Assembly (NCBI GenBank): GCA_049300145.1
Contig: JBAQJG010000594.1
Location: 1-32,935, forward strand
DNA: 32,935 bases
Direction: 5' to 3'
Origin: Chthoniobacterales bacterium
Lineage (GTDB): Bacteria; Verrucomicrobiota; Verrucomicrobiia; Chthoniobacterales; UBA10450
The translations under genes and the position numbers were made by a program. The stretch's first letter is position 1. Every line of letters starts with the position of its first letter. Shown here piece after piece: positions 1 through 8,872 of this stretch. The notes beneath the pieces are model-generated. The model had not been told where the DNA came from. It made no database searches and saw nothing but the letters and a program-made list of their open reading frames with translations.

Positions 1-164
1 CGCTGCGGAACGATCCGGAGATTTCCGAGATGATCGCGCAAGGGCGGTTTGTCGATCTTTTACAAAACGATAAGGTCCTGGGCGCCGCGAATGATCCGGC
101 GCTCATTGAGCAGGTCAAGAAATTCGATCTAAATGCCGCGCTCGATTACGCGCTGCCAAAATAG
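1..164 (+). CDS. 3' end of an unidentified gene (partial, enters from the window start)
   Basis: Frame is open from position 3 to TAG at 162-164 (..LIEQVKKFDLNAALDYALPK*), ending 12 nt before the gatB start. No family recognised. Confidence 0.4.
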   Translation, partial: LRNDPEISEMIAQGRFVDLLQNDKVLGAANDPALIEQVKKFDLNAALDYALPK

Positions 165-176
165 GAATCTCAGTGG

Positions 177-1631
177 ATGAATTACATCACCACCATTGGC
201 CTGGAAGTGCATGTGCAACTTAAGACGCGCTCGAAAATGTTCTGCGGGTCCCCGGTGGAATTTGGCGCTGAGCCGAACTCGCACACTTGTCCAGTGTGCC
301 TGGGCTTGCCCGGCGCATTGCCGGTGATGAATCACGAAGGGCTGCGCATGACTGTGCTCACCGGGCTGATGCTCGGCTGCGACATCGCGCCGATCTGCAA
401 GTTCGATCGTAAAAACTATTTCTATCCGGACATGCCGAAGAATTACCAGATTTCGCAATTCGATATGCCGCTGTGCACGAACGGCAGTGTTCCGTTGCAC
501 GATCTGGCCTACCCCAAAGATGCGCAGAAAAATATCGCGACGCCGGAGAAGGAAGTGCATCTCGTTCGGATCCATTTGGAGGAAGACGTAGCCAAAAGTT
601 TTCATTTCGAAACGAGCACGGGGATCGATTTCAATCGTGCCGGCACGCCGCTCATGGAAATTGTTACGCAACCGGAAATCAATTCGCCGGAGGAAGCGTT
701 CGCGTTTCTCACTTCGCTCAAACAAATTCTAATTTACGGCGCGGTCAGCGACGCCGATATGGAGAAAGGTCAGCTTCGTTGCGACTGCAACGTTTCCGTT
801 CGGCCCGAATCACAGAAAGAGCTTGGCGCCAAAATCGAGATCAAGAACATGAACTCCATCAGCGGTGTGCGACGTGCGCTGGCTTACGAGATTCAGCGGC
901 AAATCAATGCGCTCGAGCCTGGCGAAAAACTCGAGCAGGAAACGCGGGGATGGGATGACGTTGCGGGGGAAACATTTCTCATGCGCACAAAAGAATCGGC
1001 GCATGATTATCGTTATTTTCCCGATCCCGATCTCGTGCCGGTGAAAAGCGAAGTGTTGCTCGCGGATGCGCGTGCACGCGTGCCCGAAATGCCGAAGGCG
1101 AAGCGCGCTCGTTTCGTTGAGCAATATCAGGTAAGTTCATATGACGCGGGCGTGTTGACGGACGATCTCGATCTGGCGCGCTATTTTGAAGCGGCCGCCA
1201 AGGGCGCGAAGAAACCGAAGAACGTCGCCAACTGGATTCTCAACGATTTGCAAAGCGCGCTCAGCACGGCGGGCAAGACGATCAACGATTGCCCGATTCC
1301 ACCAGAAGCGCTCGATGACTTGGTCAATCTAATCGACAGCGGAAAGATCAGCGGCAAACAGGGCAAGGAAGTTTTTGCGGAGATGTTTGCAAGCGACAAA
1401 GGCGCGGCTGCGATTGTGAAGGAAAAAGGAATCGAGCAATTGAGCGACGCAAGTGTGATTGAAGCGCTGTGCGATCAAGTCATTGCCGGGAATCCCAAAC
1501 CGGCCGCTGATTTCAAAGCGGGCAATGCGGCGTCGCTCAATTTTCTCAAAGGCCAGGTGATGAAATTGTCGAAAGGAAAAGCGAATCCGCAGCTTGCTGG
1601 TGAAATTTTGGAGCGGAAGTTGAAGACTTGA
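177..1631 (+). CDS. gatB: Asp-tRNA(Asn)/Glu-tRNA(Gln) amidotransferase subunit B
   Basis: 484-aa ORF. The N-terminus MNYITTIGLEVHVQLKTRSKMFCGS...CPVCLGLPGALPVMN is the canonical GatB signature. The C-terminal YqeY-like tail (NWILNDL..GKISGKQGKEVF..NFLKGQVMK) is also present. Confidence 0.95.
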   Translation: MNYITTIGLEVHVQLKTRSKMFCGSPVEFGAEPNSHTCPVCLGLPGALPVMNHEGLRMTVLTGLMLGCDIAPICKFDRKNYFYPDMPKNYQISQFDMPLCTNGSVPLHDLAYPKDAQKNIATPEKEVHLVRIHLEEDVAKSFHFETSTGIDFNRAGTPLMEIVTQPEINSPEEAFAFLTSLKQILIYGAVSDADMEKGQLRCDCNVSVRPESQKELGAKIEIKNMNSISGVRRALAYEIQRQINALEPGEKLEQETRGWDDVAGETFLMRTKESAHDYRYFPDPDLVPVKSEVLLADARARVPEMPKAKRARFVEQYQVSSYDAGVLTDDLDLARYFEAAAKGAKKPKNVANWILNDLQSALSTAGKTINDCPIPPEALDDLVNLIDSGKISGKQGKEVFAEMFASDKGAAAIVKEKGIEQLSDASVIEALCDQVIAGNPKPAADFKAGNAASLNFLKGQVMKLSKGKANPQLAGEILERKLKT

Positions 1632-1644
1632 AGAGAACGTCCAA

Positions 1645-1663
1645 CCCCGAAAAACTCTCGGGG
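1645..1663 (+). terminator. Hairpin downstream of gatB (CCCCGA-loop-TCGGGG), no U-run
   Basis: 6-bp GC-rich stem 14 nt after the gatB stop. There is no T tract, so intrinsic-terminator function is uncertain. Confidence 0.3.
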
Positions 1664-1670
1664 CAGGCTG

Positions 1671-1700
1671 CTCAACGCCCAACGTTCAACGCTCAATTCA
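1671..1700. repeat. Short degenerate TCAACGY heptamer array (copy 1)
   Basis: ctcaacgcccaacgttcaacgctcaattca. The same caacgtt/gaacgctcaa core recurs at 3508-3543. Confidence 0.5.
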
Positions 1701-1701
1701 G

Positions 1702-1768
1702 AGATTGTAGGGCAGCCGCTCCGGTTGCCATCGTATGAACCAGCAGCCGGTGCGCTGCCGTGCAATCG
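1702..1768. repeat. REP/MITE-like long imperfect palindrome with GATTGTAGG terminus
   Basis: 5' arm gattgtagggcagccgctccggttgc pairs with 3' arm gcagccggtgcgctgccgtgcaatc (about 22 of 25 positions, including G-U pairs). It shares the TTGTAG terminus with the elements at 8376 and 8873. Confidence 0.5.
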
Positions 1769-2914
1769 CGTGTCGTGAAAATTTTAATCGCACCGGATAA
1801 ATTCAAAGGCTCGCTGAACGCGCGTGACGTCGCAGAAAATATCGCTGCTGGTCTGCGCGAAGTTTTGCCGAAATCCAAGATCAACATCGTAGCGATGGCC
1901 GATGGGGGCGAGGGAACGGCGGAAGTCATTTGCGAGGCGCGCCAAGGCTCCTGGGTGAAATGCGATGCGCACGACCCGATCGGTCGCGAAATCGAAGCCC
2001 GCTACGTTGAGATCGATAACCGAAAACTTGCCGTGATGGAAATGAGCGAAGTGGCGGGGATGCGGCGACTCCCTGAAAGTGAAAGAGATCCGTTGCGCGC
2101 GAATACATTCGGCGTCGGCGAAATGATTCTCGCCGCAGCGAATCGCGGCGCACGCGAAATCGTGATCGGTCTCGGCGGGAGCGCAACGAACGACGGCGGC
2201 GTTGGAATGGCGCGCGCGCTTGGATTTCGATTTTTTGAGCACCTGCCTTCGCCTGGCTCCGGCGCGGCAGGAGAGCATGAGTATGAGCAAGAGCTAAGCA
2301 GGATCGTTAAGCTGGAATGGATTCAGAAACCGAAAAACTTGGCGCTCCCGAAGATGGTTGCGGCGGTCGATGTGCGAAATCCTTTGCTTGGCGAAAATGG
2401 CGCTACCCGAGTGTTTGGTCCGCAAAAAGGCGCGACGGAAAACAAGATCGACATCTTGGAGCGCGCGCTTGGCCGACTTTCGGAAATCGTGGCGAAAGAC
2501 TTTGGCATTGATTATCGCGACGAACCAGGCGCGGGCGCGGCCGGCGGACTTGGATTTGGTCTGATGAGTTTTTGCAGCGCAGTTATGAGACCAGGTTTCG
2601 AGGTGGTCGCGGAATCGGTCGGACTCGAATCGAAAATGGAAGATGTCGATGTTGTGATTACGGGCGAGGGCAGTTTGGATCGACAAACACTGGAAGGAAA
2701 AACACCGGCAGGTGTCGCGCAGCTTGCGCGCAAACTTGGCAAACGGGTTTTTGCCATTGTGGGACGCGCGAGCGAGGATCGACAAGTACGAGAACTTTTC
2801 GATGAAGTTTACGTCACCACTCGACCTGGGATGAGCGAGAAGGAGAGTATTGCGGACGCAGCGGAGTTATTGCGGGACAGGGCGCGCGAGCTGGCGAAAA
2901 GTTTGGACGAATAA
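1760..2914 (+). CDS. glxK: Glycerate kinase
   Basis: (M)KILIAPDKFKGS..ADGGEGT..GLGGSATNDGG..GAGAAGGLGFG..VITGEGSLDRQTLEGKTPAGVA are the glycerate kinase family motifs. The track start is GTG at 1760. GTG at 1775 (VKILIAPDKF) fits family N-termini better. Confidence 0.9.
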   Translation: MQSRVVKILIAPDKFKGSLNARDVAENIAAGLREVLPKSKINIVAMADGGEGTAEVICEARQGSWVKCDAHDPIGREIEARYVEIDNRKLAVMEMSEVAGMRRLPESERDPLRANTFGVGEMILAAANRGAREIVIGLGGSATNDGGVGMARALGFRFFEHLPSPGSGAAGEHEYEQELSRIVKLEWIQKPKNLALPKMVAAVDVRNPLLGENGATRVFGPQKGATENKIDILERALGRLSEIVAKDFGIDYRDEPGAGAAGGLGFGLMSFCSAVMRPGFEVVAESVGLESKMEDVDVVITGEGSLDRQTLEGKTPAGVAQLARKLGKRVFAIVGRASEDRQVRELFDEVYVTTRPGMSEKESIADAAELLRDRARELAKSLDE

Positions 2915-2935
2915 TGCGACGCTCATAGAGCGCCG

Positions 2936-3493
2936 CTACAGAGTTTTATAAAATTCGCGGAAATGTTTCGCAGTCTCGACGTAACTCCATGCCCACTTCG
3001 CGATATCTTTTTGTTCGTCGAGACTGAGTGATCGCCGAATCTTCGCGGGCGAGCCGAGAACGAGTGAGCCGGAAGGAATCTTCGTGCCGAGCGTGACGAG
3101 GGCATTTGCGCCGATGATAGAACGTGCGCCGATTTCGACGCCGTCGAGAATGATCGCGCCCATGCCAACGAGCACTTCGCTCTCGATCTTGCACGCGTGC
3201 ACGATGGCGCTGTGGCCGACGGTTACGAGTTCGCCAACGATGGTGGGAAAACCGGTGTCGAGATGAACGACGGCGTTGTCTTGAATATTCGAACGCGGTC
3301 CGATGACGATGCGATTGATGTCGCCGCGCAAAACAGCGCCATACCAAACGCTCGATTCTTCTTCGAGCGTCACATCGCCAATCACGGTCGCGCCTGGAAC
3401 GACCCAGGCAGTCGGATGAATGGTCGGACCTTTTTTTAAACGCGCGGCGATGCCGGGATGTCCAGTCGGCAGGTGGTGTGGATCGACATTCAT
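2936..3493 (-). CDS. Gamma-class carbonic anhydrase-like / hexapeptide-repeat (LbH) protein
   Basis: 185 aa. IHPTAWVVPGATVIGDVTLEEESSVWYGAVLRGDINRIVIGPRSNIQDNAVVH..GHSAIVHAC shows left-handed beta-helix hexapeptide repeats typical of the YrdA/PaaY/CaiE family. Confidence 0.88.
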   Translation of the reverse strand: MNVDPHHLPTGHPGIAARLKKGPTIHPTAWVVPGATVIGDVTLEEESSVWYGAVLRGDINRIVIGPRSNIQDNAVVHLDTGFPTIVGELVTVGHSAIVHACKIESEVLVGMGAIILDGVEIGARSIIGANALVTLGTKIPSGSLVLGSPAKIRRSLSLDEQKDIAKWAWSYVETAKHFREFYKTL

Positions 3494-3507
3494 TTCGGCA
3501 TTACGGT

Positions 3508-3543
3508 TTAACGTTGAACGCTCAACGTCTAACGCTCAACATC
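3508..3543. repeat. Short degenerate TCAACGY heptamer array (copy 2)
   Basis: ttaacgttgaacgctcaacgtctaacgctcaacatc, in the divergent intergenic region between the gamma-CA-like gene and the EPS synthase gene. Confidence 0.5.
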
Positions 3544-3796
3544 GAATGAATGGGAGCACAGGATTCCACTGCGGCGTGCGGCCCTGCGAGACGCGCAAAC
3601 GAACAACCCCGGCGCCGAGTCCGTCGCAAGATGTGGCCGACAGCGGTCAAGACGCCTCCGCTCCTCATCGTCAGCGGCTTACGATATATGAGTAGGAGTG
3701 AGGGCAAGAGCACGAGCGCATGCAAGAACAAGATTACTAGGATAGCCAGAGAATGGGATTTTCTTCTGCCGGTGCCTGAACGATCATAGCTACTCC

Positions 3797-6700
3797 ATGC
3801 AGGACATTCCCCCCGATACCGTCACCCCGTTTGTTTTCTCCGATCCGGGTGGTAAGCGCTGGCCACGGTTGCGCCTGATCCTGCTCCTGAGCGGAGTGCT
3901 GGTTTTTCTCGGGACAGTGCTTTTTGTCCAAACACTTTTCGTCGCGCCGCAAATGCGGGTGCCATTTTCACTGCGGCAGTTGAAAGGCCAACTCAAGGCT
4001 TTGCAGAAACAAAATCCGGCTGGACAAGTGGCGTCGACCTCATTGCTCTGGCAGAAATTCGGCGCGGCCCGGCAAGCGGCGAAAAAACTCGGTGGTCCGA
4101 CGCCGTCGCCTCCGGCGCGACCGCGAAAAAAATCTCCGATCAACGAAGTACGGCTCGCGTTCTACACCAACGGCGATCCCTACAGCTATGCGTCGCTCGA
4201 GCAGCATGCCGCGCAAATTACTCACGTCTGTCCTGAATGGATGGCAGTCGTCAACGGCCTGGGTGATTTGCAAATCGATGCGGATGCACGGCTGCCGAAA
4301 TTTGCCGCGAGCAGAGGCATCGCGTTGATGCCGTTGCTGACGAATCTGGTGGGAGACACCTGGCAACCGGAAGCGATCGAAAATCTCGCGCACGGTCCGG
4401 CGGATCGACAAGATCGTTTCATTCACAACGTGCTCGCGGCTTTGCGCAATGCCAAGGCGGCTGGGGTCGTACTGGACTGGGAACAAATCGATCCGGCCTA
4501 CAAGAAAGACATCACCGCTCTCATCGACAAATTCGCGGACACATTGCATGACGATGGAAGGGAACTATGGCTCTGTGTTCAACCCGGCCAGGAGCTCGAT
4601 TACATCGACTTCCAGAATCTGGCCGATAATGTCGATCGGTTTGTCGCGCTGCTCTTTGACGAGACCTCCGATATCGATCCGCCCGGCCCACTCGGATCCC
4701 GCTCCTGGTTTGAAGGCTGGCTGCATGTATTGCTGGAAGATTCAGACACGAAGCAATGGATCATCACGCTCGGGAGTTACGGATACGATTGGACGATCGG
4801 CGGAAAGAAAGCAGAACTAATCAGTTTTCCCGAAGCGATGAGCCGCGCCAACAGCGCAGGAGTCGAGGCCGCAGAAGTCACGGCGCCCGGTTACAATCCA
4901 TATTTTTATTTTGAAGACGGGGACAAGGAGCACGCTGTCTGGTTTCTGGACGTGGTCACGTTTTTGAATGAGTTGCGCGAAGTGCGCGATCAAAAGGCAG
5001 GCGGCTTTGCGCTTTACCGGCTCGGTACTGAGGACACGGCGATTTGGGATGCGCTTAATGTGCGCCCCGATTTTAAGATCGACAATCAAACGCGACAGTT
5101 GCTGGAAGTGCTCAAAAGCACGGACACCATCGCGGACGTGGGCGACGGCGAAATTGTCACGGTGGATGAGAGCCGCTCGGATGGGATGCGAAATCTGGCC
5201 GTCGATCATGACGGGTATCTGACGGCCAAATACACAAAATTCCCGGAGTTTCCTACGCTTTATCATCAAGGCGCCGGGGGCGAGCATCAGGTCGCGATCA
5301 CTTTCGATGACGGTCCCGATCCGCGGTGGACACCGAAAATCCTCGACATTTTAAAAGCGGCCAACGTCAAAGCAGCGTTTTTTCTCGTGGGCGTAAACGC
5401 AGAGCAACACCCCGGCCTCGTCCGACGCATTGTCGATGAAGGGCACGAGATCGGGAACCACACTTATTATCATCCGAACCTGGCGCTTTGCTGGCCAGAG
5501 CACGTTCGGCTGGAATTGAATGCGACCCAGCTTTTAATCGAGAGCATCACCGGTCGCGCAACGACATTGTTCCGGCCGCCGTATGCGGCCGATACCAGTC
5601 CGTCACAATTAAGCGAGCTGATTCCACTGCAAATCGCGCAAGACCTCGATTATCTCGTGGTCTTGGAGAACATCGATCCGCAGGATTGGGCAAAACCGGG
5701 CGCCGATATCATCCTGCAGCGCGTGAAGCAACAACGGCGTGATGGCAGCATTATCTTGCTGCACGATGCCGGGGGCGATCGCTCGCAAACTGTCGAAGCA
5801 CTCCCGCGCATTTTGGATTGGCTGCACGCGCGGGGCGACTCGGTGGTGCCGCTGAGCACGCTGCTTGGGACGACGCGCGATGCCGTCATGCCGCCGTTAC
5901 ATGAAAATGGTCAATCGCTTACGCGGCTGGTAAGTAGCACCGGATTCCGCATCTATCATGGGATCGAGGAATTTCTCTGGGCGTTCATGATTGTGGCGAC
6001 GGCGCTGGTAGTGGTTCGAACGCTCGTTGTGATTTGGCTGGCATATTGTTTTCGGCGACAGCCGAAAGCGGATTTTGCGAAGCCGATTAGTGTGGTGATG
6101 GCCGCATACAACGAAGGCAAAGTGATCGCGAGCACGTTGCACGCGCTGCTCAACACCGACTACAAAGGCGACATCGAAGTGATCGTGGTGGATGATGGTT
6201 CGCGCGATGCAACTGCGTCCGAGGTCGAGTCAATCACACAGGTCGATCGGCGTGTGCGTTTATTGCAGCAGGAGAATCGTGGCAAGGCGCGCGCGTTGCA
6301 GCGCGGCCTGACCGCAGTGCGGCATGGCATCGTTGTCTTCATCGATGCCGATACGCAATGTCAGCGCGACACGCTGCCACGTTTGCTCGAACCGTTTGCC
6401 GACGAACGTATCGGTGCGGTTTCGGGCCATGCAAAAGTCGGGAATCTCCGCACTTTCATCGCGCGTTGTCAGGCGCTGGAATACACTTGTGGCTTCAATC
6501 TCGACCGGCGCGCTTACGATCGTTGGAATTGCATTACGGTCGTGCCCGGCGCGATTAGCGCCATCCGCAAGGATGCGATCGATCAAGTGGGTGGGCTCAG
6601 TTTGCAGACGCTGGCCGAAGACACCGATCTCACTCTTTCGTTGCACAAGCATCGGCAACGGATCGTTTACGTGCCGGGCGCGATCGGCTGGACGGAAGCG

Positions 6701-7153
6701 CCGGAAAGCGTGACCACGCTGGCGCGACAACGTTTTCGTTGGGCATATGGTACGTTGCAATGTCTTTGGAAGCATCGCGACATGGTCTTCAACTGGAAAT
6801 ATCGCGCTCTCGGCTGGTTTAGTCTGCCGAGCGTTTGGTTTTTCCAAATCGTCCTCGTGGCCGTCACGCCGATGGTGGATTTGTTTTTGTTTGCCTCGCT
6901 TCCATTTGGCGCATGGCGCGCGGTCATGCCATTCGTGATCACCTTCCTGTCGATGGATGTCATTCTGGCCACGCTCGCCTGCATTTTGGAGCGCGAGCCG
7001 ATCGTGCGCGCCTGGCGGATTTTGCCGATGCGCCTGATCTATCGCCCGATGCTCAGCTATTGTATCTGGAAAGCGATCCTGCGGGCTGTGAAAGGCGCCT
7101 GGGTGAGCTGGGGCAAGCTCGAGCGGACCGCCAGCGTACCGGTCCGAGTGTGA
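3797..7153 (+). CDS. Tri-domain exopolysaccharide enzyme: N-terminal TM anchor + GH18-like domain + NodB polysaccharide deacetylase + processive GT2 synthase (PgaC/IcaA/NodC-like) with C-terminal TM helices
   Basis: 1118-aa ORF. Residues about 117-420 have a GH18-like LDWE motif (AAGVVLDWEQ). Residues about 497-690 are a NodB domain (ITFDDGPDP..EIGNHTYYHP..LFRPPY..ILLHD). Residues about 763-1000 are GT2 with VVDDGSRD, FIDADT, AEDTDLT and QRFRW motifs, followed by several hydrophobic helices. Confidence 0.9.
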   Translation: MQDIPPDTVTPFVFSDPGGKRWPRLRLILLLSGVLVFLGTVLFVQTLFVAPQMRVPFSLRQLKGQLKALQKQNPAGQVASTSLLWQKFGAARQAAKKLGGPTPSPPARPRKKSPINEVRLAFYTNGDPYSYASLEQHAAQITHVCPEWMAVVNGLGDLQIDADARLPKFAASRGIALMPLLTNLVGDTWQPEAIENLAHGPADRQDRFIHNVLAALRNAKAAGVVLDWEQIDPAYKKDITALIDKFADTLHDDGRELWLCVQPGQELDYIDFQNLADNVDRFVALLFDETSDIDPPGPLGSRSWFEGWLHVLLEDSDTKQWIITLGSYGYDWTIGGKKAELISFPEAMSRANSAGVEAAEVTAPGYNPYFYFEDGDKEHAVWFLDVVTFLNELREVRDQKAGGFALYRLGTEDTAIWDALNVRPDFKIDNQTRQLLEVLKSTDTIADVGDGEIVTVDESRSDGMRNLAVDHDGYLTAKYTKFPEFPTLYHQGAGGEHQVAITFDDGPDPRWTPKILDILKAANVKAAFFLVGVNAEQHPGLVRRIVDEGHEIGNHTYYHPNLALCWPEHVRLELNATQLLIESITGRATTLFRPPYAADTSPSQLSELIPLQIAQDLDYLVVLENIDPQDWAKPGADIILQRVKQQRRDGSIILLHDAGGDRSQTVEALPRILDWLHARGDSVVPLSTLLGTTRDAVMPPLHENGQSLTRLVSSTGFRIYHGIEEFLWAFMIVATALVVVRTLVVIWLAYCFRRQPKADFAKPISVVMAAYNEGKVIASTLHALLNTDYKGDIEVIVVDDGSRDATASEVESITQVDRRVRLLQQENRGKARALQRGLTAVRHGIVVFIDADTQCQRDTLPRLLEPFADERIGAVSGHAKVGNLRTFIARCQALEYTCGFNLDRRAYDRWNCITVVPGAISAIRKDAIDQVGGLSLQTLAEDTDLTLSLHKHRQRIVYVPGAIGWTEAPESVTTLARQRFRWAYGTLQCLWKHRDMVFNWKYRALGWFSLPSVWFFQIVLVAVTPMVDLFLFASLPFGAWRAVMPFVITFLSMDVILATLACILEREPIVRAWRILPMRLIYRPMLSYCIWKAILRAVKGAWVSWGKLERTASVPVRV
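4145..5056 (+). other. GH18-like (chitinase-fold) domain of the EPS enzyme
   Basis: RLAFYTNGD..GVVLDWEQI..LGSYGYDW..GGFALYRLGTED. The full DxxDxDxE catalytic motif is only partly retained (LDWE). Confidence 0.6.
5285..5866 (+). other. NodB-homology polysaccharide deacetylase (CE4) domain
   Basis: TFDDGP (motif 1), HTYYH (motif 2), RPPY (motif 3) and LLHD (motif 5). Confidence 0.85.
6083..6796 (+). other. Processive family-2 glycosyltransferase domain
   Basis: The D, DxD, ED and QxxRW signature set is complete: VVDDGS, DADT, AEDTD, QRFRW. Confidence 0.88.
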
Positions 7154-7179
7154 ACAAGTGCGGAGGAATGTCAAAGCAC

Positions 7180-7270
7180 GAATGACGAAGGAATGACGAA
7201 ATCGGAATGATGAAGAGCGTAGTCCGGTTGCCCCTTCGTCATTTCAGCGTTTTGCATTCATTCGTCATTT
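7180..7270. promoter_or_regulatory. Array of GAATGACGAA direct repeats (x3) and inverted TTCGTCATT copies (x2) spanning the GH26-like gene start codon
   Basis: Direct copies at 7180-7189, 7191-7200 and 7205-7214 (the last is gaatgatgaa). Inverted copies at 7235-7243 and 7261-7269. aatgacgaagg (7181-7191) can pair with ccttcgtcatt (7233-7243), enclosing ATG 7207. Confidence 0.45.
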
Positions 7271-8361
7271 TGTTTACCATCGCTGGCGGATTAGCCTCGT
7301 GCAAAAAGCCTGGCCTAACGAATGCGCGCATCGATCCAAACGGTCCGGTCGAGATCGTGATTCCGGAACACGGCGCATACACGGGCGCGTTCATGGATTT
7401 CGGTGACGAGGAGGACGACGTGACGCTGGAGATGATCGAGGATTTCGAATCGATGGTCGGCAAACATCAAGCCATCATCGCGTCGTCGAGCTACTGGGGC
7501 GAACAAACTTTTCCTACCGCGAATTTGAATGTCGAGTGGCGGCACGGCTCGTTGCCGCTTGTCTTTTGGTCGCCGTGGGACAAACCGTACGAACAGAATC
7601 GCGGTCCCGATAGATTCAGTTTATTCGAGATCATCAACGGCAAGTGGGACGCGTACATCGACAAGTGGGCTGATGCCGCGCGCGAATTCGGTCATCCCAT
7701 GATTGTCGCTTTCGGTGTGGAGATGAACGGCGACTGGTTTCCGTGGTCAGGCGTTTATTACGGCGGCGACAAATGGGCTGAGGACGAGGAAACTTGGGAA
7801 GGCCCGGAGCATTTCAAGGCGGCTTACCGCCACGTGGTTGACCGCGTCCGCGCCCGCGGCGCATCGAACATCAAGTGGATGTTTCACTCGAATAATTATT
7901 CCTATCCCATGGATACCTGGAATTTTGCGCCGTCTTACTATCCGGGGGCCGAGTATGTCGATTGGTTAGGCCTGAGTGTTTACGGCCAGCAATTCAAAGA
8001 GGAACCAAACCCGGGTATTCGTTCGCTCGTGGATTGGCCGTATCAGGAAATGTGCGGACTCGATCCGAACAAACCGATCATGATCGCCGAATGGGCAACC
8101 GGCGACTTTCCGCACGCGATCGACGAACATGGCGGGATCGGCAAAGCTGAGTGGATCAGACAGGGGTTGGAACTTTTTCGGACGCGGTATCCGCGCGTCA
8201 AAGCTGCAGTTTACTGGCACGAGCGCTGGCAGAACCCCGATCAATCCTATAGCAACTTGCGAGTCAATTCTTCCGTCGAATCGCTGCAAGCCTACCGTGC
8301 GGGCATCGCGAACTCCGATTGGTTAGGCAATCTGATCCTGCGTACTATTCCGAAAAAGTAG
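7207..8361 (+). CDS. GH26-like glycoside hydrolase, predicted lipoprotein
   Basis: 384 aa. The signal peptide ends in the lipobox GGLASC. FGVEMNGDWFPWSG resembles the GH26 acid/base region (HEMNGxWFWWG), and IMIAEWAT fits the nucleophile Glu region. Confidence 0.72.
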   Translation: MMKSVVRLPLRHFSVLHSFVILFTIAGGLASCKKPGLTNARIDPNGPVEIVIPEHGAYTGAFMDFGDEEDDVTLEMIEDFESMVGKHQAIIASSSYWGEQTFPTANLNVEWRHGSLPLVFWSPWDKPYEQNRGPDRFSLFEIINGKWDAYIDKWADAAREFGHPMIVAFGVEMNGDWFPWSGVYYGGDKWAEDEETWEGPEHFKAAYRHVVDRVRARGASNIKWMFHSNNYSYPMDTWNFAPSYYPGAEYVDWLGLSVYGQQFKEEPNPGIRSLVDWPYQEMCGLDPNKPIMIAEWATGDFPHAIDEHGGIGKAEWIRQGLELFRTRYPRVKAAVYWHERWQNPDQSYSNLRVNSSVESLQAYRAGIANSDWLGNLILRTIPKK

Positions 8362-8375
8362 ATGTCGGGTCTAAC

Positions 8376-8438
8376 ATTTGTAGGCCATCTGAGTCAGCCC
8401 CGAAGGCTTTCGGGGTTCGCAGAAACGCGCTACAGTTT
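8376..8438. repeat. REP-like palindromic element (ATTTGTAGG...CTACAG) with central hairpin; probable bidirectional terminator
   Basis: Lies between convergent genes. The central stem is ccccgaa/ttcgggg (8398-8415, loop ggct). The outer tgtag / ctaca termini are inverted, and a T-run follows at 8436-8440. Confidence 0.5.
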
Positions 8439-8440
8439 TT

Positions 8441-8833
8441 CTAATGCCACGCCGAAAGAATCGCGCCGAGAAGAATGCAGCCAAAGAAGTGATAACTGGC
8501 GTCGATTAACCAGACCTTAAACGGTTTCGATTCCCACAGGTACTGAATGGTGATCGCCGTGGCGGCGAAACCGGCGCCAACGCCGGCTCCCAGCTTCAAC
8601 CCATGCGCCAAATCCACGATCCCTGTTCGCGCGATGAGCCGCATCATGATCACGGCCGCGACAAGGTTTGCAATAAAAGTGCCGATCATCTTCGGCGCCA
8701 TGCCGCCTTTTTCGGGTTTCACGCCATGCTGTTCCAGGCCGGCGACCCAGATCTTGCCGAACAAAACTGAATACCAGAGCCAACCCAAAATCCAGTAGGC
8801 GACTGCCGCGCAAATAATAGCTAACCAATTCAT
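8441..8833 (-). CDS. DUF1761-like small membrane protein
   Basis: MNWLAIICAAVAYWILGWLWYSVLFGKIWVAGLEQHG, with four hydrophobic segments. I prefer ATG at 8833 over the TTG at 8869 given in the track. Confidence 0.6.
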   Translation of the reverse strand: MNWLAIICAAVAYWILGWLWYSVLFGKIWVAGLEQHGVKPEKGGMAPKMIGTFIANLVAAVIMMRLIARTGIVDLAHGLKLGAGVGAGFAATAITIQYLWESKPFKVWLIDASYHFFGCILLGAILSAWH

Positions 8834-8872
8834 AACTGCTCTTTTGTCAGTCGCGACTTGCGGGAGCAAGAA

